A stretch of 64,000 nt of DNA, from the NCBI GenBank assembly GCA_023386815.1, contig JAEWIZ010000034.1:26755-90754 (forward strand), written 5' to 3'. Numbering within the stretch: the stretch's first letter is position 1; every line of letters begins with the position of its first letter. The notes under the pieces were generated by a model. The model searched no databases and was not told where the DNA came from. It saw only the letters and a list, made by a program, of their open reading frames with translations. Below are positions 29,294 through 39,390 of this stretch, in pieces. The position numbers were made by a program, and so were the translations under genes. The DNA is from Bacillota bacterium. Its GTDB lineage: Bacteria > Bacillota > Clostridia > Lachnospirales > Lachnospiraceae.

Positions 29294-30223
29294 ATGGCAA
29301 AGGTATCCTGCAGAAAAGCATTTACAGGAAAATTACTTGAGTTGGCAAGAGACAATGAAAAAATATATGCTGTAGCGACGGACTCCAGAGGCAGCGTAAC
29401 CATAGGAAAGTTCGCAGAGGAGTTTCCAAATCGTTTTATTGAATGTGGTATTGCAGAGCAGAACGCAGTTGGTGTAGCCAGCGGTCTGGCAAAGGATGGA
29501 AATAATGTGTTTGTTACAGGTCCTGCCTGTTTCCTGGCGGCACGTGCCTTTGAACAGGTAAAGGTAGACGTTGCCTATAATAAAACCAATGTTAAGATTG
29601 TGGGCGTTAGCTCCGGTGTCAGCTACGGACCCCTTGGCGGAACCCATACCTCCCTTCACGATTATGCAAGTATGAGGGCTTTGGCAAATATGCTTGTACT
29701 GGCTCCTTCGGATAATATACAGACAGAGTACCTTACAGAGTACCTGGCAAATACCCATCAGCCAACCTATATGCGTATGGGACGCGGGGATGTGGAAAGT
29801 GTATATGAAGCCGGCGAAAGCTTTGAGATTGGAAAAGCAAAGCAGGTTTATGACGGTACCGATATCACTATCATTGCCTGCGGTGAGATGGTAATTGTAG
29901 CAAAGAAAACTGCAGAGAAGCTAAAGGAACAGGGAATTAGTGCAAGGGTTCTTGATATGTTCACAATAAAGCCTCTAGACGCTGAAAGTGTTGTTAAAGC
30001 TGCCAGGGAAACAAAGGGAATTATTACATTGGAAGAGCATAGTATCTATGGTGGACTTGGTGAAGCTGTTACTCATGTGGTAAGTGAACTGGCTCCAACA
30101 AGAGTTAAGATTCTTGGATTCCCGGATGAGGAAATTAAGATTGGTAATTCAAAAGAGCTCTTTGAGCATTACGGATTAACTCCGGAGAATGTGGCTAGTG
30201 TAGCTGAGAAAATGCTGCAATAA
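29294..30223 (+). CDS. Transketolase C-terminal subunit (AptB-like)
   Basis: ECGIAEQN, GPLGGTH and EEHSIYGGLG motifs. Confidence 0.92.
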   Translation: MAKVSCRKAFTGKLLELARDNEKIYAVATDSRGSVTIGKFAEEFPNRFIECGIAEQNAVGVASGLAKDGNNVFVTGPACFLAARAFEQVKVDVAYNKTNVKIVGVSSGVSYGPLGGTHTSLHDYASMRALANMLVLAPSDNIQTEYLTEYLANTHQPTYMRMGRGDVESVYEAGESFEIGKAKQVYDGTDITIIACGEMVIVAKKTAEKLKEQGISARVLDMFTIKPLDAESVVKAARETKGIITLEEHSIYGGLGEAVTHVVSELAPTRVKILGFPDEEIKIGNSKELFEHYGLTPENVASVAEKMLQ

Positions 30224-30335
30224 GCAGCAAACGAGCAGAATTAATAAAATGAGTGGAAGGACTGGCATGTAACGACAATGCTTGATGCCTAGACTTCCTT
30301 ATCAACAAGGAAGGATGCTAATAACGGAGGAACCT

Positions 30336-31811
30336 ATGTATATTCTTTCAATTGATCAAAGTACAGCAGGAACGAAAGCTATCCTGTTCACAGCTGAGGG
30401 AGAATTAATTTCCCGTACTGACCTCCCTCACCGTCAGATTACCAATGAAAAGGGCTGGGTTGAGCATGACCCGGTGGAAATATATCAAAATACAATAAAG
30501 GCCTGTAAAAAGGTAGTAGAAGAAAGTAAGCTGGATAAATCCCTGATTAAAGCAGTAGGAATCTCAAATCAGCGTGAAACATCAGTATGCTGGAACAAAG
30601 AGACGGGCGAGCCGGTATACAATGCCATTGTATGGCAATGTGGCCGTGCGGTTGATATCACAGAGGAGATCAGGAAAGCCGGTAAGGATCAGTTGGTACG
30701 CCGAGTTACAGGACTGAACCTTTCCCCCTTCTTCTCCGCACCAAAGTTCTCTTGGATCATACGAAATGTATCAAAAGCCAATGAGCTTCTGCAGGAAGAT
30801 AAGCTTTATTGCGGCAATGTGGATGCCTGGCTGTTATATAAACTGACCGAAGGAAAAGAGTTTAAAACAGACTACTCCAATGCCTCAAGAACAGAATTAT
30901 TAAATCTGGATACCCTGCAGTGGGATAAGGATATGATTGAGCTCTTTAACATAAGGGAATCTGCCCTCCCAAAGATTGAGTATAGTGACAGTATCTTTGG
31001 ATATACAACTCTGGAAGGTTTATTTGATACACCAATCCCGATTCATGCAATGATGGGAGATAGCCATGCGGCACTTTATGCAAATGGCTGCCACAGCTCC
31101 TTTACTGCAAAGGCTACCTTTGGAACGGGAACCTCTGTTATGATGAATGCCGGGTTAGAACGTCCTACAGTAACCTCAAAAGGGGTAGTGGAATCCCTGG
31201 CCTGGGGAATTGACGGAAAGGTAAACTATTCCCTGGAAGGCAATATCAACTATAGCGGAGCCATTATCAAATGGCTGGTAGATGATATCAAACTGATTGC
31301 AAATGCCAAAGAATCGGAAGAAATAGCAGCTTCCACCGAAAGCACCCATGGCGTGTATCTGGTTCCCGCATTTTCCGGACTCGGAGCACCCTACTGGAAT
31401 AATGAAGCTAGGGCAATCATTTGTGGAATGTCAGCATCCACAAAAAAAGAACATATAGTACGTGCAGCCCTCGAAGCTATCGCATTTCAAATAAAAGACA
31501 TCGTAGAGGAATTAAACACCTGTTGCCAAAACCCTCTGCATAAGCTTTCCGTAGATGGCGGAGCAACCAAGAACCAGCTCCTGATGCAGTTCGTAGCAGA
31601 CATACTAAACGTAGACCTGGCAGTATCAAAAATCGAAGAGCTATCCGCAGCAGGTGTAGCCTACTTAGCCTCCATTGCCTTCGGATGCACCACTTCAGAA
31701 ACCATCTTCGCCCGTGATCTTCACACCCCCATGAAACCAATCATGGCTCCAGAACAAAGAGAAAATCACTACAAAGGCTGGAAAAACGCAGTAAACATGC
31801 TAATAAAATAA
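30336..31811 (+). CDS. FGGY carbohydrate kinase (glycerol-kinase-like, possibly apulose kinase)
   Basis: IDQSTAGTK, NQRET, TDYSNASRT, PAFSGLGAPYW and DGGA motifs; ATG after GGAGG. Confidence 0.88.
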   Translation: MYILSIDQSTAGTKAILFTAEGELISRTDLPHRQITNEKGWVEHDPVEIYQNTIKACKKVVEESKLDKSLIKAVGISNQRETSVCWNKETGEPVYNAIVWQCGRAVDITEEIRKAGKDQLVRRVTGLNLSPFFSAPKFSWIIRNVSKANELLQEDKLYCGNVDAWLLYKLTEGKEFKTDYSNASRTELLNLDTLQWDKDMIELFNIRESALPKIEYSDSIFGYTTLEGLFDTPIPIHAMMGDSHAALYANGCHSSFTAKATFGTGTSVMMNAGLERPTVTSKGVVESLAWGIDGKVNYSLEGNINYSGAIIKWLVDDIKLIANAKESEEIAASTESTHGVYLVPAFSGLGAPYWNNEARAIICGMSASTKKEHIVRAALEAIAFQIKDIVEELNTCCQNPLHKLSVDGGATKNQLLMQFVADILNVDLAVSKIEELSAAGVAYLASIAFGCTTSETIFARDLHTPMKPIMAPEQRENHYKGWKNAVNMLIK

Positions 31812-31967
31812 ATATGATACCATGTTTAAATTAGAAAAGCCCATCCCCAATCAAATAGTTAACGAACCCAACCAATCTATTATTACATAAGATTTAATAC
31901 CCAAATATTAATACAAAGTTTCAAAGTCAATATTTAACCATCAAATTAATAATTAATACCTATATCC

Positions 31968-32304
31968 CTGAAACTTCGCAGTTCACAACATCAACCAAGC
32001 TTGATTCATCAGCTCCAAAACCTACAGAAAAGCCATCCATCGGAGTATTTTCCAGCGCGCGCCTATTAACAATTGGCCAATTCACTTATGGAGTTTTCCT
32101 ATGGTATCGAGCTGAAAAAAAGCATGTTTGACGAGCGAAACGAGGAGTTTGCGTTTTTCAGCTCGGCTTTACCATAGGAAAACCCCATTAGTGAATTCCA
32201 ATTGTTAATCGAAGCAAGCGGAAAATACTCCGGTGGATGGTTTCTCCAATACCAAGAAAGCTGATTAATCAAGCCTTCCACAAGCTCCACCTGCGAAGTT
32301 TCAG
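31968..32304. repeat. 337-bp long imperfect palindrome (MITE/REPIN-like element or structured RNA)
   Basis: Terminal 14-bp perfect IR CTGAAACTTCGCAG plus five nested complementary blocks. Confidence 0.85.
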
Positions 32305-32346
32305 CACAATACCAATAAAAATAATATAAATTCAGTGGAGGTAACT

Positions 32347-33756
32347 ATGAAAAAACAAACCTTTGGTGTAATTGTTACAACAAGAGGCTTTTTCCCATCC
32401 CATTTGGTAAAGACAGCACGTGAAAAGATCACAGCACTTTTAGACTCCATGGGTCATGACTATGTTATGGTAGGTGAAAACGACACAGAATATGGTGCAA
32501 TTGTAACCTATGATGAAGCAAAAGTATGTGCAAACTTATTTAAGAAAAACAGAGATATCATCGATGGAATTATCGTGATTCTTCCCAACTTTGGTGAAGA
32601 GCTCGGTGTTGCAGATGCAATTGAGCTGTCAGGACTTGACGTGCCAATCTTAATCCAGGCTTGTGATGATGATTGGGATAAGATGGACATGAGCAACCGC
32701 CGTGATGCCTTCTGCGGCAAGCTGTCTCTTTGCAACAACCTGTATCAGAGAAATATTAAATATTCCTTAACAGAGCTTCATACCTGCAAGATTGAAAGTG
32801 AAGAATTTAAGAAGGATCTTCAGAAGTTCGTAGGTGTCTGTCGTGTAGTTAATGGCTTAAAGGGTTCCCGTATTGCTATGCTGGGAGCACGTCCAATCGC
32901 CTTTAATACCGTTCGCTTCTCAGAAAAGATTCTGCAAAAACACCGAATTGCTGTTCAGACTGTAGACTTCTCAGAGATCATCTTTAAAGCAATGAGCTAT
33001 GGTGATCAGGAGAAGATTGCTGCTAAAATGGAAGAAATTAAAGCATATGGAAATATTCCTGAGTTTATTAACAATCAATTAATTGAACGTCAGGCGAAGC
33101 TTTGTATTGTATTAGAGGATACCGTTGACGCTCTGGATTGTGACGCTTCTACAGTACAATGCTGGGATAGTGTTGAAAATAACTATGGCTGTGCGACCTG
33201 TCTTGCTATGAGTATGATGGGGGATAAAGGAAAACCATCCGCCTGTGAAAGTGATGTTACCGGTGCTGTATCCATGCTGACAGCTTATCTGGCAGCAGGC
33301 TCCGCTCCAGCACTGATGGATTGGAATAATAATATTCGTGAAGAGCGTGATACCTGCGTATCCCTCCACTGCTCCAATTTCCCTAAGAGCTTCTTTAATA
33401 CTGAGATTGAGATCGAATGCTTAGACGTACTAGGCAGTACCTTAGGAAAAGAAAACTGCTTCGGCGCATGTAAGGGACAGGTAGCACCAGGGGATATGAC
33501 CTATTTCCGTGTTACTACCGATGACCAGAAGGGCATTATGAAGGCTTACCTTGGAGAAGGTCGCTTCCAGGAGGAAGAGATCCCAACTAAGGGTGGTCTT
33601 GCAAACTGCTATGTTCCTGAATTACAGAAGCTGATGCAGTATATGTGCAAAAATGGTTTTGAGCATCATGTTTGCTTTGTACGCGGACATGTGGCTGATG
33701 TCATAGAAGAAGCATTTACAAACTATATGGGTGTAGAGGTATATAGACACAGCTAA
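32347..33756 (+). CDS. L-fucose/L-arabinose isomerase family protein
   Basis: NFGEE, RRDAFCGKLS, ACESD and GFEHH motifs. Confidence 0.85.
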   Translation: MKKQTFGVIVTTRGFFPSHLVKTAREKITALLDSMGHDYVMVGENDTEYGAIVTYDEAKVCANLFKKNRDIIDGIIVILPNFGEELGVADAIELSGLDVPILIQACDDDWDKMDMSNRRDAFCGKLSLCNNLYQRNIKYSLTELHTCKIESEEFKKDLQKFVGVCRVVNGLKGSRIAMLGARPIAFNTVRFSEKILQKHRIAVQTVDFSEIIFKAMSYGDQEKIAAKMEEIKAYGNIPEFINNQLIERQAKLCIVLEDTVDALDCDASTVQCWDSVENNYGCATCLAMSMMGDKGKPSACESDVTGAVSMLTAYLAAGSAPALMDWNNNIREERDTCVSLHCSNFPKSFFNTEIEIECLDVLGSTLGKENCFGACKGQVAPGDMTYFRVTTDDQKGIMKAYLGEGRFQEEEIPTKGGLANCYVPELQKLMQYMCKNGFEHHVCFVRGHVADVIEEAFTNYMGVEVYRHS

Positions 33757-33950
33757 GCTTTCACACTCAAATGAGATAAGTAATATCGTAGGATAAAGGG
33801 TTACTATAAAAATAAGAAATATAATGGTAATATCAGCCCCCCCATAGACTTTAAGTCCCACTGAAAAATGTGGTATTTAAAGTCTTCTTTATTACAAGAG
33901 GAATGAAAGTCTATAGGGCTGATTTCAATTGTATTTTTGCTAACATTAAC

Positions 33951-33986
33951 AGCGCTCTTTGGTTTCCTACAAACCGAAAGGGCGCT
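33951..33986 (+). terminator. Probable terminator hairpin after the sugar cluster
   Basis: AGCGCTCTTTGGTTT/AAACCGAAAGGGCGCT stem; a second large hairpin lies at 33832-33923. Confidence 0.55.
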
Positions 33987-34160
33987 AACTGTTTAGAAAA
34001 GAGAGAGATAAATGATTCTAATTATGACACACTTGCACAAGCCTATTGATCTTCAAAGTAGAAAGAAAGAATAGCTAAGGTTTGATTAGAGGATTGTATA
34101 ATCAGTGAAGAAGAATACAATGTTAGATATAAGGAGTGGTGTAAGAATATACGGGAGGGC

Positions 34161-35175
34161 ATGAAAATGAAGAGCATGACAAAGAATTTGTTAACAGAAG
34201 AACAGATTAGAAATCTGGTAAAGGTTAACTTTGGTGATAACTGCAGTGTGGGTAATATTACTGAGCTAAAGGGAGGGATGTTTAATTCAGCATATCTAAT
34301 TGAACGCCCAGGGGAGAAGGACAGTATTGTTTTAAAGGTCTCATTAAAGCCGGGGACAAAGACTCTAACCTATGAAAAAGATCCAATGCCAACTGAGGTA
34401 GCAGTATTTCAATTAGTGGAAGAAAAGACTACAATTCCGACACCACGGGTGTTAGACTATGACTTTAGTAAAAAACATATCCCTAGTAACTATTTCTTTA
34501 TGACTGTCCTAGAGGGAACTGCGATGCATAAGGTACAAAAAAAAGATGACTAAGGAAAACGCAGTAGAATTAAAAAAAGAGCTGGCTGGTTATCTGGCGC
34601 AGCTTCATCAAATAAAAGGGGAGTATTTTGGTTATTTCACAGAGGACAGGAACAATCAGCATAAGACCTGGAAGGAAGCCTTTTTAAGTATGATGTCTAT
34701 GATTTTAGAAGACGGCAAAAAGAATGGCACGAAGCTGCCTTATGATCGCTATGAGAAGGTATTAAAAGAGAAATTAAACTATCTGGAAGCGGTGAAGGAG
34801 CCTTCCTTAGTAGACTATGATTTATGGGCGGGAAATGTATTTGTAAAGCAGCAGGGAGAGAACTATGTGCTGGAGGGGATTATTGATTTTGAGCGTGCCT
34901 TCTGGGGAGACCCTCTGGCGGATTTCGGAGGAAGTGTCATGTTACTTGACAATATTTATGAGGAGCCTGACATTTGGAGGGTGTATCAGGAAAAAGCAGA
35001 ATTTGGACGCGAGTTGTCAAAAGAAGATCAGATCAGAAGAGCCTTCTATGGGCTGTATATCTATACGATTATGGCAGCAGAGACCTTTCGGTATGACTTT
35101 CTCTATAGCCGTATCCAAGGGTTTTTTGCCATGAAAAATATCAAAAAATACCTAAAAATATTGGAGGAGGCATAA
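34161..35175 (+). pseudogene. Aminoglycoside-phosphotransferase-family kinase split by a +1 frameshift in an A8 run
   Basis: 34161-34553 encodes the N-lobe (GGMFN, VLKV); 34546-35175 encodes the C-lobe (DLWAGN, IIDFERAFWGDP); removing one A from 34537-34544 fuses them. Confidence 0.8.
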
Positions 35176-35190
35176 GACGGAGGAGTATTC

Positions 35191-36582
35191 ATGGATGAAA
35201 AGCATAATCAAGAATCTTTGCTGGAAAAGACTCCGGTAAGCAAGTTAATCTGGAAGCTTTCTATCCCCTCTGTGATTGGCATTCTCTCTTATAATTTATA
35301 TCACATTATAAATACGATCTATATCTCTAGAGGGGTGGGTGCTTATGCGGCAGGTGGCCTTGCAATCACGCTTCCACTATTCATCTTACTATCAGCCCTC
35401 AGCAGCACCATGGGTGCAGGTGCAGCCTCTATCATATCCAGGGCAATTGGAAATAAGGATCTAGAGAGGGCGAATAGAGTGGCTGCTAATACCTTTGTGG
35501 TATTTTGGGCAATGGCGCTGCTCATCACAATCATCGGCTTATGCTATCTGGAGGAAATGCTCTATGCGATGGGTGTAACAGACAAACTGCTGCCTTACGC
35601 GAAAGAGTATTCAAGAATCATTCTTATAGGGGCAATCACCAGCACGGGATTCTCCAGTTTAATCCGGGCAGAGGGCAGCAGTAAATATGCCATGTATCAA
35701 TGGATAATTCCAGTGGCTGCAAACATGATACTGGATCCAATCTTTATTTTCTTGTTACACCAGGGGATTCAAGGGGCTGCGATGGCCACAGTTCTTTCCC
35801 AATGTATCTCAGTAGCAATGTTTATCTATTACTTCTTTTTCTCAGGAAGAAGCAGTTTGAAGCTAAGACCAAATCATTTTCTGCCGGATATCAGAGTAAT
35901 AGGTGAAATACTTTTGATTGGCATGCCTTCTTTTATACAGATGGCAAGTCAGAGCTTAACCATTATTATCATTAATAATGTACTTAGGAAATACGGGGGA
36001 GAGTTAAATATCAGTACCTATGGAATAACCAATAGAATTACCATGTTTCTATTGATTCCTCTTCAAGGAATCGTACAAGGAATTCAGCCGATGATAGGCT
36101 ATAATTATGGTGCTGGAATAAAAGCAAGGGTAGGGGAGACCTTAAAAACCGCTTCTATCATAGCAGGCTGTTATGGGCTTATCATTTCTTTATTCACAGT
36201 TCTATTATCAAAGGTGTTTCTATATCCGTTTACTTCAGATGCAGAGGTTGTTCAGATTGGCAGCGGTATTTTGAAGATAACCAGCCTGGGACTGGTTTTC
36301 TCAGGAATTCATATGATGCAGTTAGCTTATTTTCAAGCAATAGGCAAATCAAAAATATCTCTAGTGCTGTCCCTTTGTAATTACATCCTGTGCTTTGTAC
36401 CAGTCTTACTAGTACTTTCCTCGCTGTTAGGAGTGAGGGGGGTATGGCTTTCTTTTCCCCTGTCGGGTATAATTACATTAGCGATCTCCTCAATCTGTGT
36501 AATAAATCAGACGCGAAGAGAAAATACAAAATCAGTAGAGGGTGGTGAAAATGCGACAGGAGGATTTGGTAAGAGTAATTGA
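35191..36582 (+). CDS. MATE family efflux transporter
   Basis: ~12 TM segments; NMILDPIFI, GIQGAAMAT and QPMIGYNYGA motifs. Confidence 0.92.
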   Translation: MDEKHNQESLLEKTPVSKLIWKLSIPSVIGILSYNLYHIINTIYISRGVGAYAAGGLAITLPLFILLSALSSTMGAGAASIISRAIGNKDLERANRVAANTFVVFWAMALLITIIGLCYLEEMLYAMGVTDKLLPYAKEYSRIILIGAITSTGFSSLIRAEGSSKYAMYQWIIPVAANMILDPIFIFLLHQGIQGAAMATVLSQCISVAMFIYYFFFSGRSSLKLRPNHFLPDIRVIGEILLIGMPSFIQMASQSLTIIIINNVLRKYGGELNISTYGITNRITMFLLIPLQGIVQGIQPMIGYNYGAGIKARVGETLKTASIIAGCYGLIISLFTVLLSKVFLYPFTSDAEVVQIGSGILKITSLGLVFSGIHMMQLAYFQAIGKSKISLVLSLCNYILCFVPVLLVLSSLLGVRGVWLSFPLSGIITLAISSICVINQTRRENTKSVEGGENATGGFGKSN

Positions 36583-37600
36583 ACAGCAGGATGAAAAGAA
36601 TACGAGACTTGTAAAAGAGAATTTCCGGCAAATGATAGAGGATGAATTCGTGCTGGGCAATGTCTTCTTAAGTTATTTAGATTTTATAGAGAAAAATAAT
36701 AATCCGGAACTCTATCAGGGTGACATGAATGAGCTTATGAAGAAGGGCGGGCCTCCAACCAAGAAGCTAAAGGATTTTGATATCAGCAAGCAGATGACAG
36801 GCCAGGGTATGTATTTACACAAACACACTTATATTGAGGTAGACTATGTATACCAGGGCTGTTGTACCTACTATATTGATAATGAGACTAATGGATTTCA
36901 TCTAAAGGAAAAGGAACTGTGCATCGTGAATCAGAATGTGGTTCATGGAATTGACACCCAGGGAACAGATAATATTGTTATTAAGTGTATGATACCCTTT
37001 GAGTATATCGACATAGATCAATTTCCGCCACCGGGGCAGGAAATGGCGTTAATGAACTTCCTGCAGCATGCAGTAAATGAGAATGTTACAAAACCCTCTT
37101 ACCTAATTTTTCACATAGAAAATACAGAACTTATAGAGGAATTAATCTATCATATTTTCTGTGAATTTCTGGAGAAAGCTTACGGCTGGAGACAGGCGGT
37201 GAAGAATCACTTATCAAACCTGTTCCTATATCTTGCACGTGTAAAAGGGGAAGAGCTTTTACACGCCATTGAACTAGAGGAAGAAAACCTCAACATCACA
37301 AAGGTGCTGGATTGTATCCGTAAAAATTATCAGTATATTACGTTAAAGGATTTGGCGAAGGATTTTCATTTTCATGAGAATTACCTTAGCAGAATGATAA
37401 AGCAGCATTGTCAGAAGAGTTTCCGGGATCTATTATGTGAGATTAGATTAAAGGAAGCACAAAAACTGCTTATGGATACAGATCTATCAGTTACAGAGAT
37501 AGCAGCGAGGATTGGTTACTATAAACCAAATTTCTTTTTTAAACTTTTTAAGGATCATTGTGGAAAGACTCCGTTAGAATTTAGGAATGAGTATAAATAA
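36551..37600 (+). CDS. AraC family regulator with cupin sensor domain
   Basis: LHKHTYIE cupin motif; C-terminal double HTH (YLSRMIK, IAARIGY, GKTP). Confidence 0.9.
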   Translation: MRQEDLVRVIEQQDEKNTRLVKENFRQMIEDEFVLGNVFLSYLDFIEKNNNPELYQGDMNELMKKGGPPTKKLKDFDISKQMTGQGMYLHKHTYIEVDYVYQGCCTYYIDNETNGFHLKEKELCIVNQNVVHGIDTQGTDNIVIKCMIPFEYIDIDQFPPPGQEMALMNFLQHAVNENVTKPSYLIFHIENTELIEELIYHIFCEFLEKAYGWRQAVKNHLSNLFLYLARVKGEELLHAIELEEENLNITKVLDCIRKNYQYITLKDLAKDFHFHENYLSRMIKQHCQKSFRDLLCEIRLKEAQKLLMDTDLSVTEIAARIGYYKPNFFFKLFKDHCGKTPLEFRNEYK

Positions 37601-37971
37601 CCAATATAAATGACCAATAAGAACCAATAGAAAGAGCATAAAGGATCAATAAAAGATTAATATAAAAGATCAATATGAAAGATCAATATAGAAGGAGCTA
37701 TATCAAATAAAAGGATTTATATAAGAAAAATGGATTCATATTAAAGTTGGTGTTCTGATATAAAAGTTATATTTATATATATTTAATAAAATCCATTTTG
37801 ACTTAAAACTGGGAATGTGATATATTAACCTGCATGAATATTATTAATCGCTTAGGATAAAGCTTACAGCATGGCGATTCAGAGCAGCGAAAGCAAAGTG
37901 GAATAAGCTGTATGAATCAGCGATTAGGCAAGCAAAAAATTCTCTAAATACAAAGGTGTAGGTGAAAAGAC

Positions 37972-38208
37972 ATGATAAATCCCGCAAAATTATTTAAAAT
38001 AAAAGGTGCATGGAATCAATTTGTAAAAAATCATCCGAGATTTCCACAATTCATGGATGCCGTAAAAAATACAGGGATTGAAGCCGGGACAATTATTGAT
38101 ATAACCATAACCACTCCGGAAGGAAGAAATTTAAGTACAAATATCAAGGTAACGCCTTCGGATAAGGAACTATTAGAGGAATTAAATGATTTACTTCGCA
38201 ATAGCTAA
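37972..38208 (+). CDS. Small hypothetical protein
   Basis: 78-aa ORF with an AGGTG RBS, 23 bp upstream of the TetR gene. Confidence 0.65.
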   Translation: MINPAKLFKIKGAWNQFVKNHPRFPQFMDAVKNTGIEAGTIIDITITTPEGRNLSTNIKVTPSDKELLEELNDLLRNS

Positions 38209-38231
38209 TAGAAAGAAGGTAGAGATTAAGG

Positions 38232-38795
38232 ATGTCTGATTCTCTGATTACAAAAAAGGCAATCGCGGCAGGTCTTAAGGAGCTTACGAAGCAAAAAAGC
38301 TTTGATAAGATCACCGTCTCGGATATCACTCAAATCTGTGGTCTGAACCGGCAGACCTTTTATTATCATTTTCAGGATAAGTTTGAGTTGGCGGACTGGA
38401 TTTATTATAACGAAGCAATCTCTATTATTGTAAATGATATGGATAATGACAACTGGGAAGAGAAAGTCCTACTGTTCTTAAAGAGACTGAAGGAAGAGGA
38501 TTATTTTTATATCAGTACCCTGAAGGCTTCTGTAGAAAATGAGTTCCGGGAATACTTATTTAAAATCATAGTCAAGCTATTATGTGACATGTTCAGTGAG
38601 GTGGCGATACAAGCGAAGGATCGTGAAAAGGATATTCGTTTTATTGCGGAATTTTATGCCTATGGATTTATCGGTGGAATTGTTTCCTGGGCTCATAATG
38701 GCATGAAGGAAACACCGGAATATTTGGCAGAAAGGCTAAAGATGCTGCTAATAGGCACGGAGAAATATCTGCCTGTGTTCACCAAAAATGTATAA
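38232..38795 (+). CDS. TetR family regulator (DhaS-like)
   Basis: FDKITVSDITQICGLNRQTFYYHFQDK HTH. Confidence 0.9.
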   Translation: MSDSLITKKAIAAGLKELTKQKSFDKITVSDITQICGLNRQTFYYHFQDKFELADWIYYNEAISIIVNDMDNDNWEEKVLLFLKRLKEEDYFYISTLKASVENEFREYLFKIIVKLLCDMFSEVAIQAKDREKDIRFIAEFYAYGFIGGIVSWAHNGMKETPEYLAERLKMLLIGTEKYLPVFTKNV

Positions 38796-38907
38796 TTGCT
38801 GCGTTTTCCTTAGAAGCTGCAGTATATATGAGGTATAGCATTTTATGCTGTATTAATATGATAAGCTACATCATCACTTAATAGACATTTTATTAAGAGT
38901 AGAAGTT

Positions 38908-39213
38908 TTATCTGGAGTTTTCGTTAATAAAACAGGAGATAAATAACTCCTTCGTTTTTATAGGATCCTTGGCTTTACAGGCTGATAGGAATTCCTCTTG
39001 AATCAGAGGATGCTCCTCCTTTGTAAAACGATTTGGAAACGCATTGATGCCAAGCTCAGTTATATTACGGGCACATCGCTTGGGAGAGCGGTTCATTCGT
39101 TTTAAAGCAATATCTACAGCTGCAAGCACTGCAGCTTTTTTTATTTCCTGACGGATTAGCCGTCTCTTTGATTCCTTTACTTCCGAATCATTCGAATACA
39201 TATCCTGCTGCAT
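38908..39213 (-). CDS. Hypothetical protein
   Basis: ATG 39213 preceded by GGAGG; divergent from the Pip gene. Confidence 0.6.
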   Translation of the reverse strand: MQQDMYSNDSEVKESKRRLIRQEIKKAAVLAAVDIALKRMNRSPKRCARNITELGINAFPNRFTKEEHPLIQEEFLSACKAKDPIKTKELFISCFINENSR

Positions 39214-39312
39214 TACTTCCTCCATTTCCACCGTTCAAGATTTGGCATAACTTGGTCCGATTATGATAATATGCTAACCCTATTCTAGTATGACCGGATA
39301 AGTCTTCCTATA

Positions 39313-39390
39313 GACAAATTTAATAATTTGTCGTGTTTTTTGCCAAAGAAAGTCCAGTGTCTAAAAACTCGACAACGATTTAGAAGTGTC
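39313..39390. promoter_or_regulatory. Three GACA-N12-TGTC operator-like dyads at 29-bp period
   Basis: Copies start at 39313, 39342 (GCCA variant) and 39371, upstream of a TGcTATACT extended -10 for the Pip gene. Confidence 0.65.

Noticed and set aside
32099..32290. 63-aa ORF inside the long palindrome
   Set aside because: No RBS or recognisable motif; a by-product of the hairpin sequence
37600..37700. CRISPR array
   Set aside because: Units are short and degenerate with no unique spacers; no array or cas gene is seen anywhere in the window
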